Origin: an uncultured Bacillota bacterium
GTDB lineage: Bacteria > Bacillota_I > Bacilli_A > RF39 > UBA660
DNA: 64,000 bases
Direction: 5' to 3'
Assembly (NCBI GenBank): GCA_947168485.1
Contig: CAMVLZ010000002.1
Coordinates: 36,523-100,522 of the forward strand
Made by a program: the position numbers and the translations under genes. The notes under the pieces are model-generated. The model worked only from the letters and a program-made list of their open reading frames with translations, searched no databases and was not told where the DNA came from. Below, piece after piece: positions 17,346 to 26,852 of this stretch (within the stretch, counting starts at the first letter, position 1; each line of letters opens with the position of its first letter).

Positions 17346-19106
17346 TTAATCCTCCAAACTATTTATTAATTTATTAGCGACATCCTCAGGTATTATCTCA
17401 CATAACTCTTCCATAGTAGCTTCTTTTATTTTCTTTAAACTACCAAATCTTTTTAATAATTCACGCCTTCTAACTTCTCCTATTCCAGGTATTAAATCTA
17501 ATCTAGATGATAAAGCCCCTTTAGCTTTAATATTTCTATGATAACTAATCGCAAATCTATGTACTTCATCTTGCATCCTAGTTAAATATAAAAATAAATT
17601 AGTATCTTTCTTAACATCTAATATATTATAATTTTTATCCATAATTTGATTAGTACGATGTCTATCATCTTTAACCAAACCAATCAAAGGAATATCTAAG
17701 TGAAGCGAATCAAGAATCTCATTGCACACAGTAATTTGATTCTTTCCTCCATCTAAAACTATTAAGTCTGGAGCTTTTTCTTCTCCCATAAGTACTTTAA
17801 AATATCTACGATATAATACTTCTCTCATCGCTCCAAGATCATCTTTAACAGATACATCTAATTTAAACTTACGATAATCATCCTTAACAGGTAAAAAGTC
17901 TTCATAAACAACCATTCCACCAACATAATAAGTACCAAATAAATGACTATTATCAAAACTTTCCATTCTAGATACATTATCTAATCCAAGTAATTCACTT
18001 AATTCTTTTAATGCAGCCATTCTCTTCTTATCATCATTCTCAATTGTTTCTATTTTTAATTTATATTGCTCTAAAGCATTCTCTCTAGCTAAATCAACTA
18101 ATTTTTTTATCTTACCTTTACTAGGAGAATATACTTTAATATCAAAATAACTACTTAATAATTCATTATCAAATTCATCTGATACAACTAATTCTTTAGG
18201 AAGTAACCCTTTCCTATCATAAAACTTAATTAAATATTCAACTACTTCTTCTATAGGATCATCTAACGTATTAATAATTTCATTATGTCTTCCAAATAAT
18301 AATCCATTTCTAATAAAGAATAACTCTATACTTAAATAATTTTTATCATAATAATAATTAACTACATCAAATGAATAATTATTAGTTAAATCAATCTTTT
18401 GTTTCTCTAATGTAGTATTTATATCAACTAACATATTTTTATAATCAATAGCTTTTTCATAATTAAGATTTTCACTAGCCTCATTCATTTTATCTTTAAT
18501 TTTATCAGTAATAATAGAAGAATCTCCTCTTAAGAATCTTTTAATTTCTTCTGTCATCTCATTAATTTGATTCTTATCAATATCATATTTACAATAACCT
18601 AAACATTCATGTATATGATAATAAAGACATAAATCTTTCTTCATATTAGAACATTTTCTTAAAGGATATATTCTATTTATAATTTCAACTGTTCTTTTAG
18701 CAGCATGAGCATTTGGATATGGACCAAATAAACTAGTCTTTCTTTTCTTTCTCTTAACATCTCTAACTACTCTAACTTGAGGATACTTATCATTAGTAAC
18801 TTCTATATAAGGATAACTCTTATCATCTCTTAATAATATATTATATTTAGGATCATATTTTTTAATTAAATTAATTTCTAATATTAAACTTTCTAATTCA
18901 GAAGAAGTAACTATATATTCAAAATCATCTATATCTTCAACTAACATTTTAGTTTTACCAGTAACAGTTCTAGTAAAATAACTTCTTAATCTTCTTTGTA
19001 GATTTTTAGCTTTTCCTACATAGATAATTACTCCATCTTTATTTTTCATTTGATAACTACCTGGTTTAGTAGGAACTAAAGCTAATTTTTCTTTAAAATC
19101 CTTCAT
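17346..19106 (-). CDS. uvrC: excinuclease ABC subunit C
   Basis: GIY-YIG motif (GSYQMKNKDGVIIYVGKAKNLQRRLRSYF) and a C-terminal HhH. ATG at 19106 is preceded by GGAAGTGA, so the track start at 19172 is an extension. Confidence 0.9.
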   Translation of the reverse strand: MKDFKEKLALVPTKPGSYQMKNKDGVIIYVGKAKNLQRRLRSYFTRTVTGKTKMLVEDIDDFEYIVTSSELESLILEINLIKKYDPKYNILLRDDKSYPYIEVTNDKYPQVRVVRDVKRKKRKTSLFGPYPNAHAAKRTVEIINRIYPLRKCSNMKKDLCLYYHIHECLGYCKYDIDKNQINEMTEEIKRFLRGDSSIITDKIKDKMNEASENLNYEKAIDYKNMLVDINTTLEKQKIDLTNNYSFDVVNYYYDKNYLSIELFFIRNGLLFGRHNEIINTLDDPIEEVVEYLIKFYDRKGLLPKELVVSDEFDNELLSSYFDIKVYSPSKGKIKKLVDLARENALEQYKLKIETIENDDKKRMAALKELSELLGLDNVSRMESFDNSHLFGTYYVGGMVVYEDFLPVKDDYRKFKLDVSVKDDLGAMREVLYRRYFKVLMGEEKAPDLIVLDGGKNQITVCNEILDSLHLDIPLIGLVKDDRHRTNQIMDKNYNILDVKKDTNLFLYLTRMQDEVHRFAISYHRNIKAKGALSSRLDLIPGIGEVRRRELLKRFGSLKKIKEATMEELCEIIPEDVANKLINSLED

Positions 19107-19164
19107 ATAATCACTTCCAAATACAAATAAATTATAACATAAGAAAAAGAGTTTAAAAACTCTT

Positions 19165-21588
19165 TTATTCAACTGAATCTAATAAGTTAGAACCATCATC
19201 CTCTTCATCAGCAATTACTTTAACATCATGTTCTTTTACTTTAATATCTACTATTTCATTATCTTCATCTGAAGGAATATCAACTTCTTCACTTGTATCA
19301 ACAACATCTTCTACAGTAGTATCAATATCTTCTACATCATCAATAGGTTCTGGTTCAACATATTTAACTTCAGGTTTTGGTTCTTCATGTTTAACAGGTC
19401 TACCAACAACTTCCCAGTTATTAGATCCTTCTGGTTTTCTAATAACACCTTGTTCTTCTAATTGATCTACTATACGACCTGCTCTATTATAACCAACTTT
19501 AAATTTTCTTTGAATCATAGAAGCAGAAGCTTTATTAGTACTTACAACTAATTCAACTACATCATCAAATAACTCATCTAAATCTTCTGAAGAAACTCCT
19601 CCTCCACTAACACTAGTAGAACTTAAATTAGATAAACTATCATCATAATTAGCTTCTTGTTGTGTTTTAACATAATCAGTTAATCTCTTAATTTCTTCAT
19701 CATCTATAAATGAACCTTGAATACGAGTTGGTGTATTACTTCCAATTGGTAAGAATAACATATCTCCTTTACCAAGAAGTTTTTCAGCTCCAGTAGTATC
19801 TAAAATAGTACGAGAATCAATTCCAGATCCAACAGCAAAAGCAATACGTGAAGGAATATTAGCTTTAATTAAACCAGTAATAACCTCAGTAGATGGTCTT
19901 TGAGTCGCAACAATTAAATGCATACCAGCAGCTCTTGCTTTTTGAGTAATTCTAAGAATAGAATCTTCAACATCCTTAGCCGCAACCATCATCAAGTCAG
20001 CTAACTCATCAATGATTATAACAATATATGGCATCTTAGATTTCTTATTATTAGGATGCTTTAAATTAAATTTCTCAATATATTTATTATAACTTTCTAT
20101 ATTTTTAGTTCCAGTATCAGAAAACATATGATATCTATTTTCCATCTCTTGAACCATTTTCTTAAGTAACATAGAAGCTTGTTTAGGATCATTAACAACA
20201 GGACACATCAAATGAGGTATTCCATTATATACAGATAACTCAACTACTTTAGGGTCTACCATAGCAAGCTTTACTTCATCTGGTTTAGCTCTCATCAATA
20301 TAGAACAAATAATACCATTAACACATACACTCTTACCAGAACCAGTAGTACCCGCAATAAGTAAGTGTGGCATCTTATCTACTCTACAAGTACCAATATC
20401 ACCCATTATAGTTTTACCTAATGGTACAAGTAATTTTTCATCTAATTTAGACTTCATCTCATTAGAATCAATTATTTCTCTAAATGAAACCGCTACTGCT
20501 TGATCATTCGCAAACTCTATTCCTACAGTTTTCTTACCAGGAATAGGTGCTTCTATTCTTACATCTTTCTTTCCTAAAGCTAATGCTATTTCTCTATTAA
20601 TAGAAGTAATTTTATTAACTCTTGTACCAGATGCTATCTCTAATTCATATTGACATACTGTAGGTCCAACATGTACTTCTTTAACTGTAGATTTTATACC
20701 AAAATCTTTTAAAACACTCATTAATAGATCAGCATTACTCTCTATCGCAGCATTTTGTTTCTTCTCATCTATATTATCTTCTTTAAGCTTATTTAATAAA
20801 TCAACAGAAGGTAATTGATAATTCTCATTAACAACAATCTCTTTAGGTTTAACTTGTACAACCTCTTCTTGTTTAGGTTCTTCCTTCTTTTGACCAATAC
20901 CAGTAATTAACATTTGAGTACGAGAAAGTTCTTCTTCTTTTCTTTCTTCTTCCTCTAATTCTTTCTTTTCTTTTTCTTTAACTTTCTCATCATGTTTCTC
21001 TTCTATAGAATCAAACTTATCAACAATCTTTTCTTTCATCTCTTTAAATGTATCTAAACCAATTATTAAGAATAATCCAATAATCATAAAAATACATGAA
21101 ACTATATACATACCTACTTTAGAAAAACATAATACAAAGAAAGCAGCTAGAACACCTCCAATTATTCCACCTCCACAGTAGAAATAATCAGTAATAGTAC
21201 CACCTTTCATAATAACATCATAAGTCTTAGTAATATGATCCATAGTATTACTAATAGTAACCATAACACCCTTTTGTTCTATGAAAAAACCTTTATGAAA
21301 AACAATTATTAATCCTAAAAACAATAAGTAGCAACCCATCATCCTAATACTAAAGAAATCAAAATCTTCTCCATAAATAAGTAATAATATACCAATAACT
21401 ATAAAACTTAATAATAATATATAAAAAGCAAAACTACCAACTAACGCAACAAAAACAAAATGTAAAAATTTACCAACTACACCTAGATTACCTAATCCAA
21501 GTACCGCAATAATAATAAATAATACACCTAAAAGTTGTTTACTATACTTAAAAACAGTTTTCTTTTTCTTTCTACCTCTTTTTGCCAT
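19165..21588 (-). CDS. ftsK: DNA translocase FtsK/SpoIIIE
   Basis: N-terminal TM helices, Walker A GTTGSGKS, a gamma domain (MIQRKFKVGYNRAGRIVDQLE) and a 79-aa acidic tail. ATG at 21588 is preceded by AAGGAG. Confidence 0.9.
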   Translation of the reverse strand: MAKRGRKKKKTVFKYSKQLLGVLFIIIAVLGLGNLGVVGKFLHFVFVALVGSFAFYILLLSFIVIGILLLIYGEDFDFFSIRMMGCYLLFLGLIIVFHKGFFIEQKGVMVTISNTMDHITKTYDVIMKGGTITDYFYCGGGIIGGVLAAFFVLCFSKVGMYIVSCIFMIIGLFLIIGLDTFKEMKEKIVDKFDSIEEKHDEKVKEKEKKELEEEERKEEELSRTQMLITGIGQKKEEPKQEEVVQVKPKEIVVNENYQLPSVDLLNKLKEDNIDEKKQNAAIESNADLLMSVLKDFGIKSTVKEVHVGPTVCQYELEIASGTRVNKITSINREIALALGKKDVRIEAPIPGKKTVGIEFANDQAVAVSFREIIDSNEMKSKLDEKLLVPLGKTIMGDIGTCRVDKMPHLLIAGTTGSGKSVCVNGIICSILMRAKPDEVKLAMVDPKVVELSVYNGIPHLMCPVVNDPKQASMLLKKMVQEMENRYHMFSDTGTKNIESYNKYIEKFNLKHPNNKKSKMPYIVIIIDELADLMMVAAKDVEDSILRITQKARAAGMHLIVATQRPSTEVITGLIKANIPSRIAFAVGSGIDSRTILDTTGAEKLLGKGDMLFLPIGSNTPTRIQGSFIDDEEIKRLTDYVKTQQEANYDDSLSNLSSTSVSGGGVSSEDLDELFDDVVELVVSTNKASASMIQRKFKVGYNRAGRIVDQLEEQGVIRKPEGSNNWEVVGRPVKHEEPKPEVKYVEPEPIDDVEDIDTTVEDVVDTSEEVDIPSDEDNEIVDIKVKEHDVKVIADEEDDGSNLLDSVE

Positions 21589-21666
21589 ATTATATACTCC
21601 TTTAGTCTCTAATAATATTATACTACATATTATTTCAATATTAATATAATTTATCATAACTTTACA

Positions 21667-21694
21667 CAAAAAAAGTAGAAACAAGTTCTACTTT
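21667..21694 (-). terminator. intrinsic terminator after the 488-aa gene
   Basis: AAAGUAGAA-CUUGU-UUCUACUUU followed by a U-run. It overlaps the stop codon. Confidence 0.7.
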
Positions 21695-23154
21695 TTAATC
21701 TTTTTAAGTGTTCTAGTAAAAGCAAGAATTCTATTAGTTTTATCGATTTCTTTATCTTCAATATCTTCTTTAATATCTTCATCATTAGTAATTGAATCAG
21801 CATGAAATATATCATATAATAATTTAGCTTCATTACTATGTTTAGCCATAATATCATTATCTATAAATATTTTTCTAAATACTTCACTAGATAATGGATA
21901 TTTATCAGGATCTTCATAATGTTCTATCTTTCTAACAGTAAATATCGCATCAATTAATTTTCTCTTAGAAATATCAGATACTAATAGTTTTTTTGATTCT
22001 TCTTTAAATCTTTTTACTTTTTCTTCATAATAATAACCAAATTTTAGTACATCAGGTATTCCTAAATCTAAAACATCAACAAATATTTCTGGTAATAGAT
22101 TACTTCCAATTAATTGGTTACTAATTCTATTAAGTTGATCTAATGTTTCTTTATCAAGTTCTTCATAATTACCACTTTCATATATTTCAATAAATTTCTC
22201 AATAAAATATCGCGGATTAGAAGAAAACTCTCTATCAATAAATCTTTTATCTGTACTAAGAGAAGCAACAAGTGATTTACCAAAGTGCTTATATGAAGAT
22301 AAATACTCATTATTATCATTCTTTTTAGAATCAAAAGTTGGATCAAAAACATAATAACCATCTAAATTATATTTATCATCTTTAATATATACAATACTAT
22401 TAGCATGACCAGAAGTACCATTTTTACCCTTAAGATAATGTTCTTTACATTCTATACCTAATCCTTCAAGTACAGCATTAAATACTCTAGCATAACCTAA
22501 ACATACTATATTATCACCTAATAAAACAGAAGATAAATCTCTAGAGTCAAATGCAGAATATTCATCATCAACTTCATTGTATACTCTATCACGAACTAAA
22601 TCATAAGCAAAAGCAACTTTTTCTAATGGACTAAGATCATACTTATTAATATGAGAAACTATTTCATCAATAATTAAAACAGATTTTTCATATGTATCTA
22701 AATCAACATAATTATCATTACCTTTAACTTGTAACTGTAAATTATCTACATCACCAAATAAACTAATAAGTTTATTATAATCATCTTTAGAAACAGATAA
22801 TTTATCTGTAACAATAACTTCATCAAAACTATTATGTTTTAAAAATTTACTACTATTTTCATCCAAATTAACAAAACAATTACACTCTTCTAATAAATTA
22901 GCCTCTCCAGATACACATTCTTCCAATAATTTAAGTGTTTTAGGAGCATCACCAAAGAATGCAGGATCATCCATAAAAGCATATACATCATCTTTATAAG
23001 AAGAAAAAGCTCTCTCTAAAACAGGTCTAATCATATCCATAGTTAAAGTCTTTTCACTATAACTTGAGTTCATATCAAGAACTACCACATCTCCATAATA
23101 AGAAACTTCAATGTCTTCTAAATCATCTTTGAAAACAAAATAAATATTTTTCAT
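21688..23154 (-). CDS. cytoplasmic transglutaminase-like (Cys-His-Asp core) protein
   Basis: 488-aa ORF with no signal peptide or TM. Core: NIVCLGYARVFNAVLEGLGI ... GHANSIVY ... YYVFDPTFD. It is monocistronic behind leader copy B. Confidence 0.7.
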   Translation of the reverse strand: MKNIYFVFKDDLEDIEVSYYGDVVVLDMNSSYSEKTLTMDMIRPVLERAFSSYKDDVYAFMDDPAFFGDAPKTLKLLEECVSGEANLLEECNCFVNLDENSSKFLKHNSFDEVIVTDKLSVSKDDYNKLISLFGDVDNLQLQVKGNDNYVDLDTYEKSVLIIDEIVSHINKYDLSPLEKVAFAYDLVRDRVYNEVDDEYSAFDSRDLSSVLLGDNIVCLGYARVFNAVLEGLGIECKEHYLKGKNGTSGHANSIVYIKDDKYNLDGYYVFDPTFDSKKNDNNEYLSSYKHFGKSLVASLSTDKRFIDREFSSNPRYFIEKFIEIYESGNYEELDKETLDQLNRISNQLIGSNLLPEIFVDVLDLGIPDVLKFGYYYEEKVKRFKEESKKLLVSDISKRKLIDAIFTVRKIEHYEDPDKYPLSSEVFRKIFIDNDIMAKHSNEAKLLYDIFHADSITNDEDIKEDIEDKEIDKTNRILAFTRTLKKIKK

Positions 23155-23179
23155 AAAAATTCTCCTTTAAGGTCTTATC

Positions 23180-23294
23180 AAAAAAGACGAGACCATTTTT
23201 ATTTCAATGTGTCTCGTCCGAATTACTTCTTATATTCCGGGTAAATAAATACCGATTGACGAAATATAACATTTAAGGACTACTCCCAAATTGA
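23180..23294 (-). promoter_or_regulatory. riboswitch-like leader, copy B (yybP-ykoY / Mn2+-like aptamer plus terminator)
   Basis: About 135 nt nearly identical to copy A (3 substitutions) from the -10 region to the U-tract. The terminator is GACGAGAC...GUCUCGUC+U6. Confidence 0.6.
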
Positions 23295-23301
23295 TGTGCA
23301 T

Positions 23302-23330
23302 ATTATACCACAAAATAAGGAAAATGTCAA
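23302..23330 (-). promoter_or_regulatory. SigA-type promoter of leader copy B
   Basis: TTGACA (23330-23325), 17 nt, TGgTATAAT (-10 at 23307-23302). Confidence 0.75.
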
Positions 23331-23336
23331 TTAAAA

Positions 23337-23358
23337 CAAAAAAAGAGCTTACGCTCTT
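23337..23358 (-). terminator. intrinsic terminator of efp
   Basis: AAGAGC-GUAA-GCUCUU followed by U-run. It includes the efp stop codon. Confidence 0.7.
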
Positions 23359-23906
23359 GATACATATTTACCATCTTCAGTAGATACTATAATAACTTCA
23401 TCTTGATCAATAAATAATGGTACTCTAACTTCTAATCCAGTCTCTAGAGTAGCATCTTTTAAAGCATTATTAGTAGTATTACCCTTAACAGCAGGTTCAG
23501 TATGAGTAACTTTAAGACTAACCTTATCTGGTAAATCTAATCCTAATACTTCACCATCAAAGAAAGTAATATATACTTCTAAATTTTCTATTAAATATTT
23601 ATATCCATCTCCAACTTGATCTTTAGTTAATTCAACTTGTTCATATGATTCCATATTCATAAAATAATATGTATCACTCATAGTATATAAATATTGCATT
23701 AATTGTTTTTCTATTCTAGCAGTTGCTACTTTAACACCTGCATTGAAAGTTTTTTCAATTATAGCTCCAGTTCTTAAATTCTTTAATTTAGTCTTAACTA
23801 TTGCTGCACCTTTACCAGGTTTAACATGTTGAGAATCCATAACTACAAATATAGCTCCATCAACTTCAATAGTAATACCATTTTTTAAATCATTAGTACT
23901 AATCAT
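23349..23906 (-). CDS. efp: elongation factor P
   Basis: MISTNDLKNGITIEVDG...VKPGKGAAIVKTKLKNL. 185 aa. Confidence 0.92.
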   Translation of the reverse strand: MISTNDLKNGITIEVDGAIFVVMDSQHVKPGKGAAIVKTKLKNLRTGAIIEKTFNAGVKVATARIEKQLMQYLYTMSDTYYFMNMESYEQVELTKDQVGDGYKYLIENLEVYITFFDGEVLGLDLPDKVSLKVTHTEPAVKGNTTNNALKDATLETGLEVRVPLFIDQDEVIIVSTEDGKYVSRA

Positions 23907-23924
23907 TTTCTCTCTCCTTAATTA

Positions 23925-24089
23925 TTATTTCTTTTCAACATGTTCTGTATGTTTTCTACATTTAGGACAATATTTTGATAAATTAAGACGATCAGTTGTA
24001 TTTTTTACATTCTTTTCTACACGATAATTTTCTTCTTTACAAACACTACAAACTAAAGTTTTGTATTGTCTATTTCCTACTTTTGCCAT
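23925..24089 (-). CDS. rpmG: 50S ribosomal protein L33
   Basis: Not in the ORF track because it is 54 aa. Hand translation gives [54 protein letters not shown], with the CxxC...CxxC motif, SD AAGGAGGG and an upstream TTGATA-16-TATAAT. Confidence 0.9.
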   Translation of the reverse strand: MAKVGNRQYKTLVCSVCKEENYRVEKNVKNTTDRLNLSKYCPKCRKHTEHVEKK

Positions 24090-24153
24090 AATATCCCTCC
24101 TTACGCCTGTAAATATTATATCAAATAATTACAAAATATCAACCAAAACAACC

Positions 24154-26181
24154 CTATTTTATATATTTTTCATACATATATGAAGATATTTTACCAGTTA
24201 ACCTATAAGTTACAAGAGATGCAAAACCATCTTTAGAAGGAATAGAACTATTAGGAGAAGTAACAGTAATACTATATTTAGGTTTATCACTAGGAAAATA
24301 ACCAATAAAACTACTAGTAATTGTCTCAGTATCAATAACACCATTACCTGTTGTATCTATAAAACTTTGACTAGTTCCAGTTTTACCAGCTCCATCAAGT
24401 CTATTATCTAAATAACCAACTCCATAAGCTCCAGGATCATGACATACAGCATAAAAACCTTTCCTAACACGCTTCATATATTTAGATTGAGTCTTTATCT
24501 CATTTAAAACTTTATTATCATATTTAAATATCTCATTACCAGAATTATCTTCTACTTTTTTTAATAAATGTAATTGATATCTCTTACCAGAATTCGCAAT
24601 AGTTGAAATATACTGACTTAATTGTAAAGGAGTATACGTTTCATATTGACCAATAACATAATCAAGTAAATTACCAGCCCTACTATCTTTAGAAGTATAC
24701 CCTGTAGATTCAAAAGGTAAATCTATTCCAGTACTATTACCAAGTCCAAAAGAACGATACATCTTACGATATCTATCAAAACTACTTTGTCTAAATGCCA
24801 TAACCATATCAGGATAATATTCTTGTTCATTAATTCTAATAGCTGTTTTAAATTGAAAAACATTACTAGATTTAGCTAAGGCAGTAATATCATTAATCCT
24901 ACCTAAAGTATGAGAAGAACACTTCTCAGGTACACCACGTACTTTAATACACTCATCAACCATAGTAGAACCTATATGAATAACTCCACTATTATATCCA
25001 ACTAACATAGAAGCACCCTTAACTACACTACCAGGAGTAATAGGATTAGTTAATATACTAGGAGTATTATCAATAATTTTACCGTTCTTAATCCTACGAG
25101 AAGCCATTGCTAGAATCTCTCCAGTATTAGGATCTTCAATAATAACAGTACTATGATCATAATATTTAGTATTAGCTTCATTCTTAGTTCTCTTAATCTC
25201 TTCATCAATTAATTTTTCAATCTTTTTTTGTAACTCTATATCAATAGACAGATATATATCATTACCTCTACTACCCTCTCTAATTAAACTTAAAGTAGAA
25301 GAATCAACTTGTTCATAATAAGCCTTAGTACCCTTAAGATATTTTTCATATTCTTTTTCTAAATAACTAACACCAACTCTATCATTTAAACTATAACCAA
25401 GTCTTAAATAATAATCTTTTTCTTCTTTAGGTAACCCATTATTAGAAACACTACCAAGTATAGATCTAAATACTTCTTTATAAGGATAATATCTCTCCCA
25501 ATCTTCCTCACTATTAAAACCAGGTAACTCTTCACTATTTTCTGCTATATAAGCATATTCCTTATCACTAACATTACTTTTTATAATCTTCTTATCATAA
25601 GAATAACCCTTATTCATTAAATAGTATAAATAAGCACTCTTCCTATCAGATTTACTCATCTTAGAAATAATCTTATTAGGAACACTCTTATACATAATAT
25701 TCAATAGTTCATTATAATCAATCTTCTTATTCTTATATCTATTAATATCATTCTTATTAATATACTTATAACAATCATCATAATTATTAATACAATAATA
25801 CTTTCTCTTATCATAATCATTAAGTTTTTTATAATCCAAATCTAAATGTTTACTAACAATTTTACTAAGTCTAATCATATCCTTAGTTTTAATATTCCTA
25901 GTCTTATCAAAAGTAATAATCTTACGAGCTTTATTATCTACAATAACTTTACCATTCCTATCAAGTATTCTCCCTCTAGGAGTAGAATCACCATATACAA
26001 ACTTATTATTAATCTTATTAAGATTATCACTATACTCACTATTATCAATAATCATAATAGAAAAACTCTTATAAAGTACTATTCCAAACAAAAAAACAAT
26101 AAGAACAAAATAACAATAAAATCTCTTATTAATAATCTTATCAATATTAATATATTTTCTCTTCTTATTAATCTTCCTCAT
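24154..26181 (-). CDS. class B penicillin-binding protein (PBP2/PBP2B-like transpeptidase)
   Basis: N-terminal TM, then SxxK (GSVVK), SxN (KSSN) and KTG (GKTGTS) motifs. Confidence 0.88.
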   Translation of the reverse strand: MRKINKKRKYINIDKIINKRFYCYFVLIVFLFGIVLYKSFSIMIIDNSEYSDNLNKINNKFVYGDSTPRGRILDRNGKVIVDNKARKIITFDKTRNIKTKDMIRLSKIVSKHLDLDYKKLNDYDKRKYYCINNYDDCYKYINKNDINRYKNKKIDYNELLNIMYKSVPNKIISKMSKSDRKSAYLYYLMNKGYSYDKKIIKSNVSDKEYAYIAENSEELPGFNSEEDWERYYPYKEVFRSILGSVSNNGLPKEEKDYYLRLGYSLNDRVGVSYLEKEYEKYLKGTKAYYEQVDSSTLSLIREGSRGNDIYLSIDIELQKKIEKLIDEEIKRTKNEANTKYYDHSTVIIEDPNTGEILAMASRRIKNGKIIDNTPSILTNPITPGSVVKGASMLVGYNSGVIHIGSTMVDECIKVRGVPEKCSSHTLGRINDITALAKSSNVFQFKTAIRINEQEYYPDMVMAFRQSSFDRYRKMYRSFGLGNSTGIDLPFESTGYTSKDSRAGNLLDYVIGQYETYTPLQLSQYISTIANSGKRYQLHLLKKVEDNSGNEIFKYDNKVLNEIKTQSKYMKRVRKGFYAVCHDPGAYGVGYLDNRLDGAGKTGTSQSFIDTTGNGVIDTETITSSFIGYFPSDKPKYSITVTSPNSSIPSKDGFASLVTYRLTGKISSYMYEKYIK

Positions 26182-26220
26182 ATTTAAATTATATTAAATA
26201 TACTAAGTAATATCAAATAA

Positions 26221-26245
26221 AAAAAGAATCAAACGATTCTTTTTA
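26221..26245 (-). terminator. intrinsic terminator after the 164-aa gene
   Basis: AAAGAAUC-GUUU-GAUUCUUU hairpin plus a U-run. Confidence 0.6.
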
Positions 26246-26737
26246 ATTATCACCCTTACAATAATGATAACTACTATCAAAAGTAAATGAAAGTTTTTTT
26301 TCTTTAACATCTTTTTTTGTTAAAGAACTATAACTATTAGTACTATTTACTGAATATTTACCATCTGTTAAAAAGACAGAATATTTAGGAGTCACATCAT
26401 TATAATCAATTTTTACATAACCATAGTACTTATCATCTACTTTATCTAAATCAATAACAGGTAAAGTATCATTATTTGAAGTATTTTTTCCAACTATAGC
26501 ATAATATTCTTGATGAGATAGAGAAACTGTAGGACTATAATTACCATCTCCACCATTACAGAAAATTGCATCACTATTCCATAATGTTTTAACTTCATCA
26601 CCATAAATCTTGGCTGAAGAAATTAAATTTCTTTTTTCTGTACTTACTTTCATACTCTTCATATTAGGAAGTAAAAAATAAAAAGCAACACCTAATAATA
26701 TAATTAAAATAATTAATCCTAAACTTTTAACATTCAT
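26243..26737 (-). CDS. membrane-anchored pilin-like protein without a prepilin cleavage motif
   Basis: Has a plain signal-anchor (LGLIILIILLGVAFYFLL) rather than G/FTLxE. Downstream, RNLISSAKIYGDEVKTLWNSDAIFCNGGD resembles the pilin alpha1-C/head of the neighbours and of the 457-aa protein (NTFVSTAKEYSNNLRNLAYNDELICNGKS). Confidence 0.6.
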   Translation of the reverse strand: MNVKSLGLIILIILLGVAFYFLLPNMKSMKVSTEKRNLISSAKIYGDEVKTLWNSDAIFCNGGDGNYSPTVSLSHQEYYAIVGKNTSNNDTLPVIDLDKVDDKYYGYVKIDYNDVTPKYSVFLTDGKYSVNSTNSYSSLTKKDVKEKKLSFTFDSSYHYCKGDN

Positions 26738-26813
26738 ATAATCACCTAAAAGTATTATATCATCAACAACATTAAAAACACTATAATTTTTATAAAAACA
26801 GGAATACTTTACA

Positions 26814-26848
26814 CAAAAAAAGCAAATATAGAAAGATATATTTGCTTT
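26814..26848 (-). terminator. intrinsic terminator after the 229-aa pilin gene
   Basis: AAAGCAAAUAUA-UCUUUC-UAUAUUUGCUUU hairpin followed by a U-run. Confidence 0.75.
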
Positions 26849-26852
26849 TATA

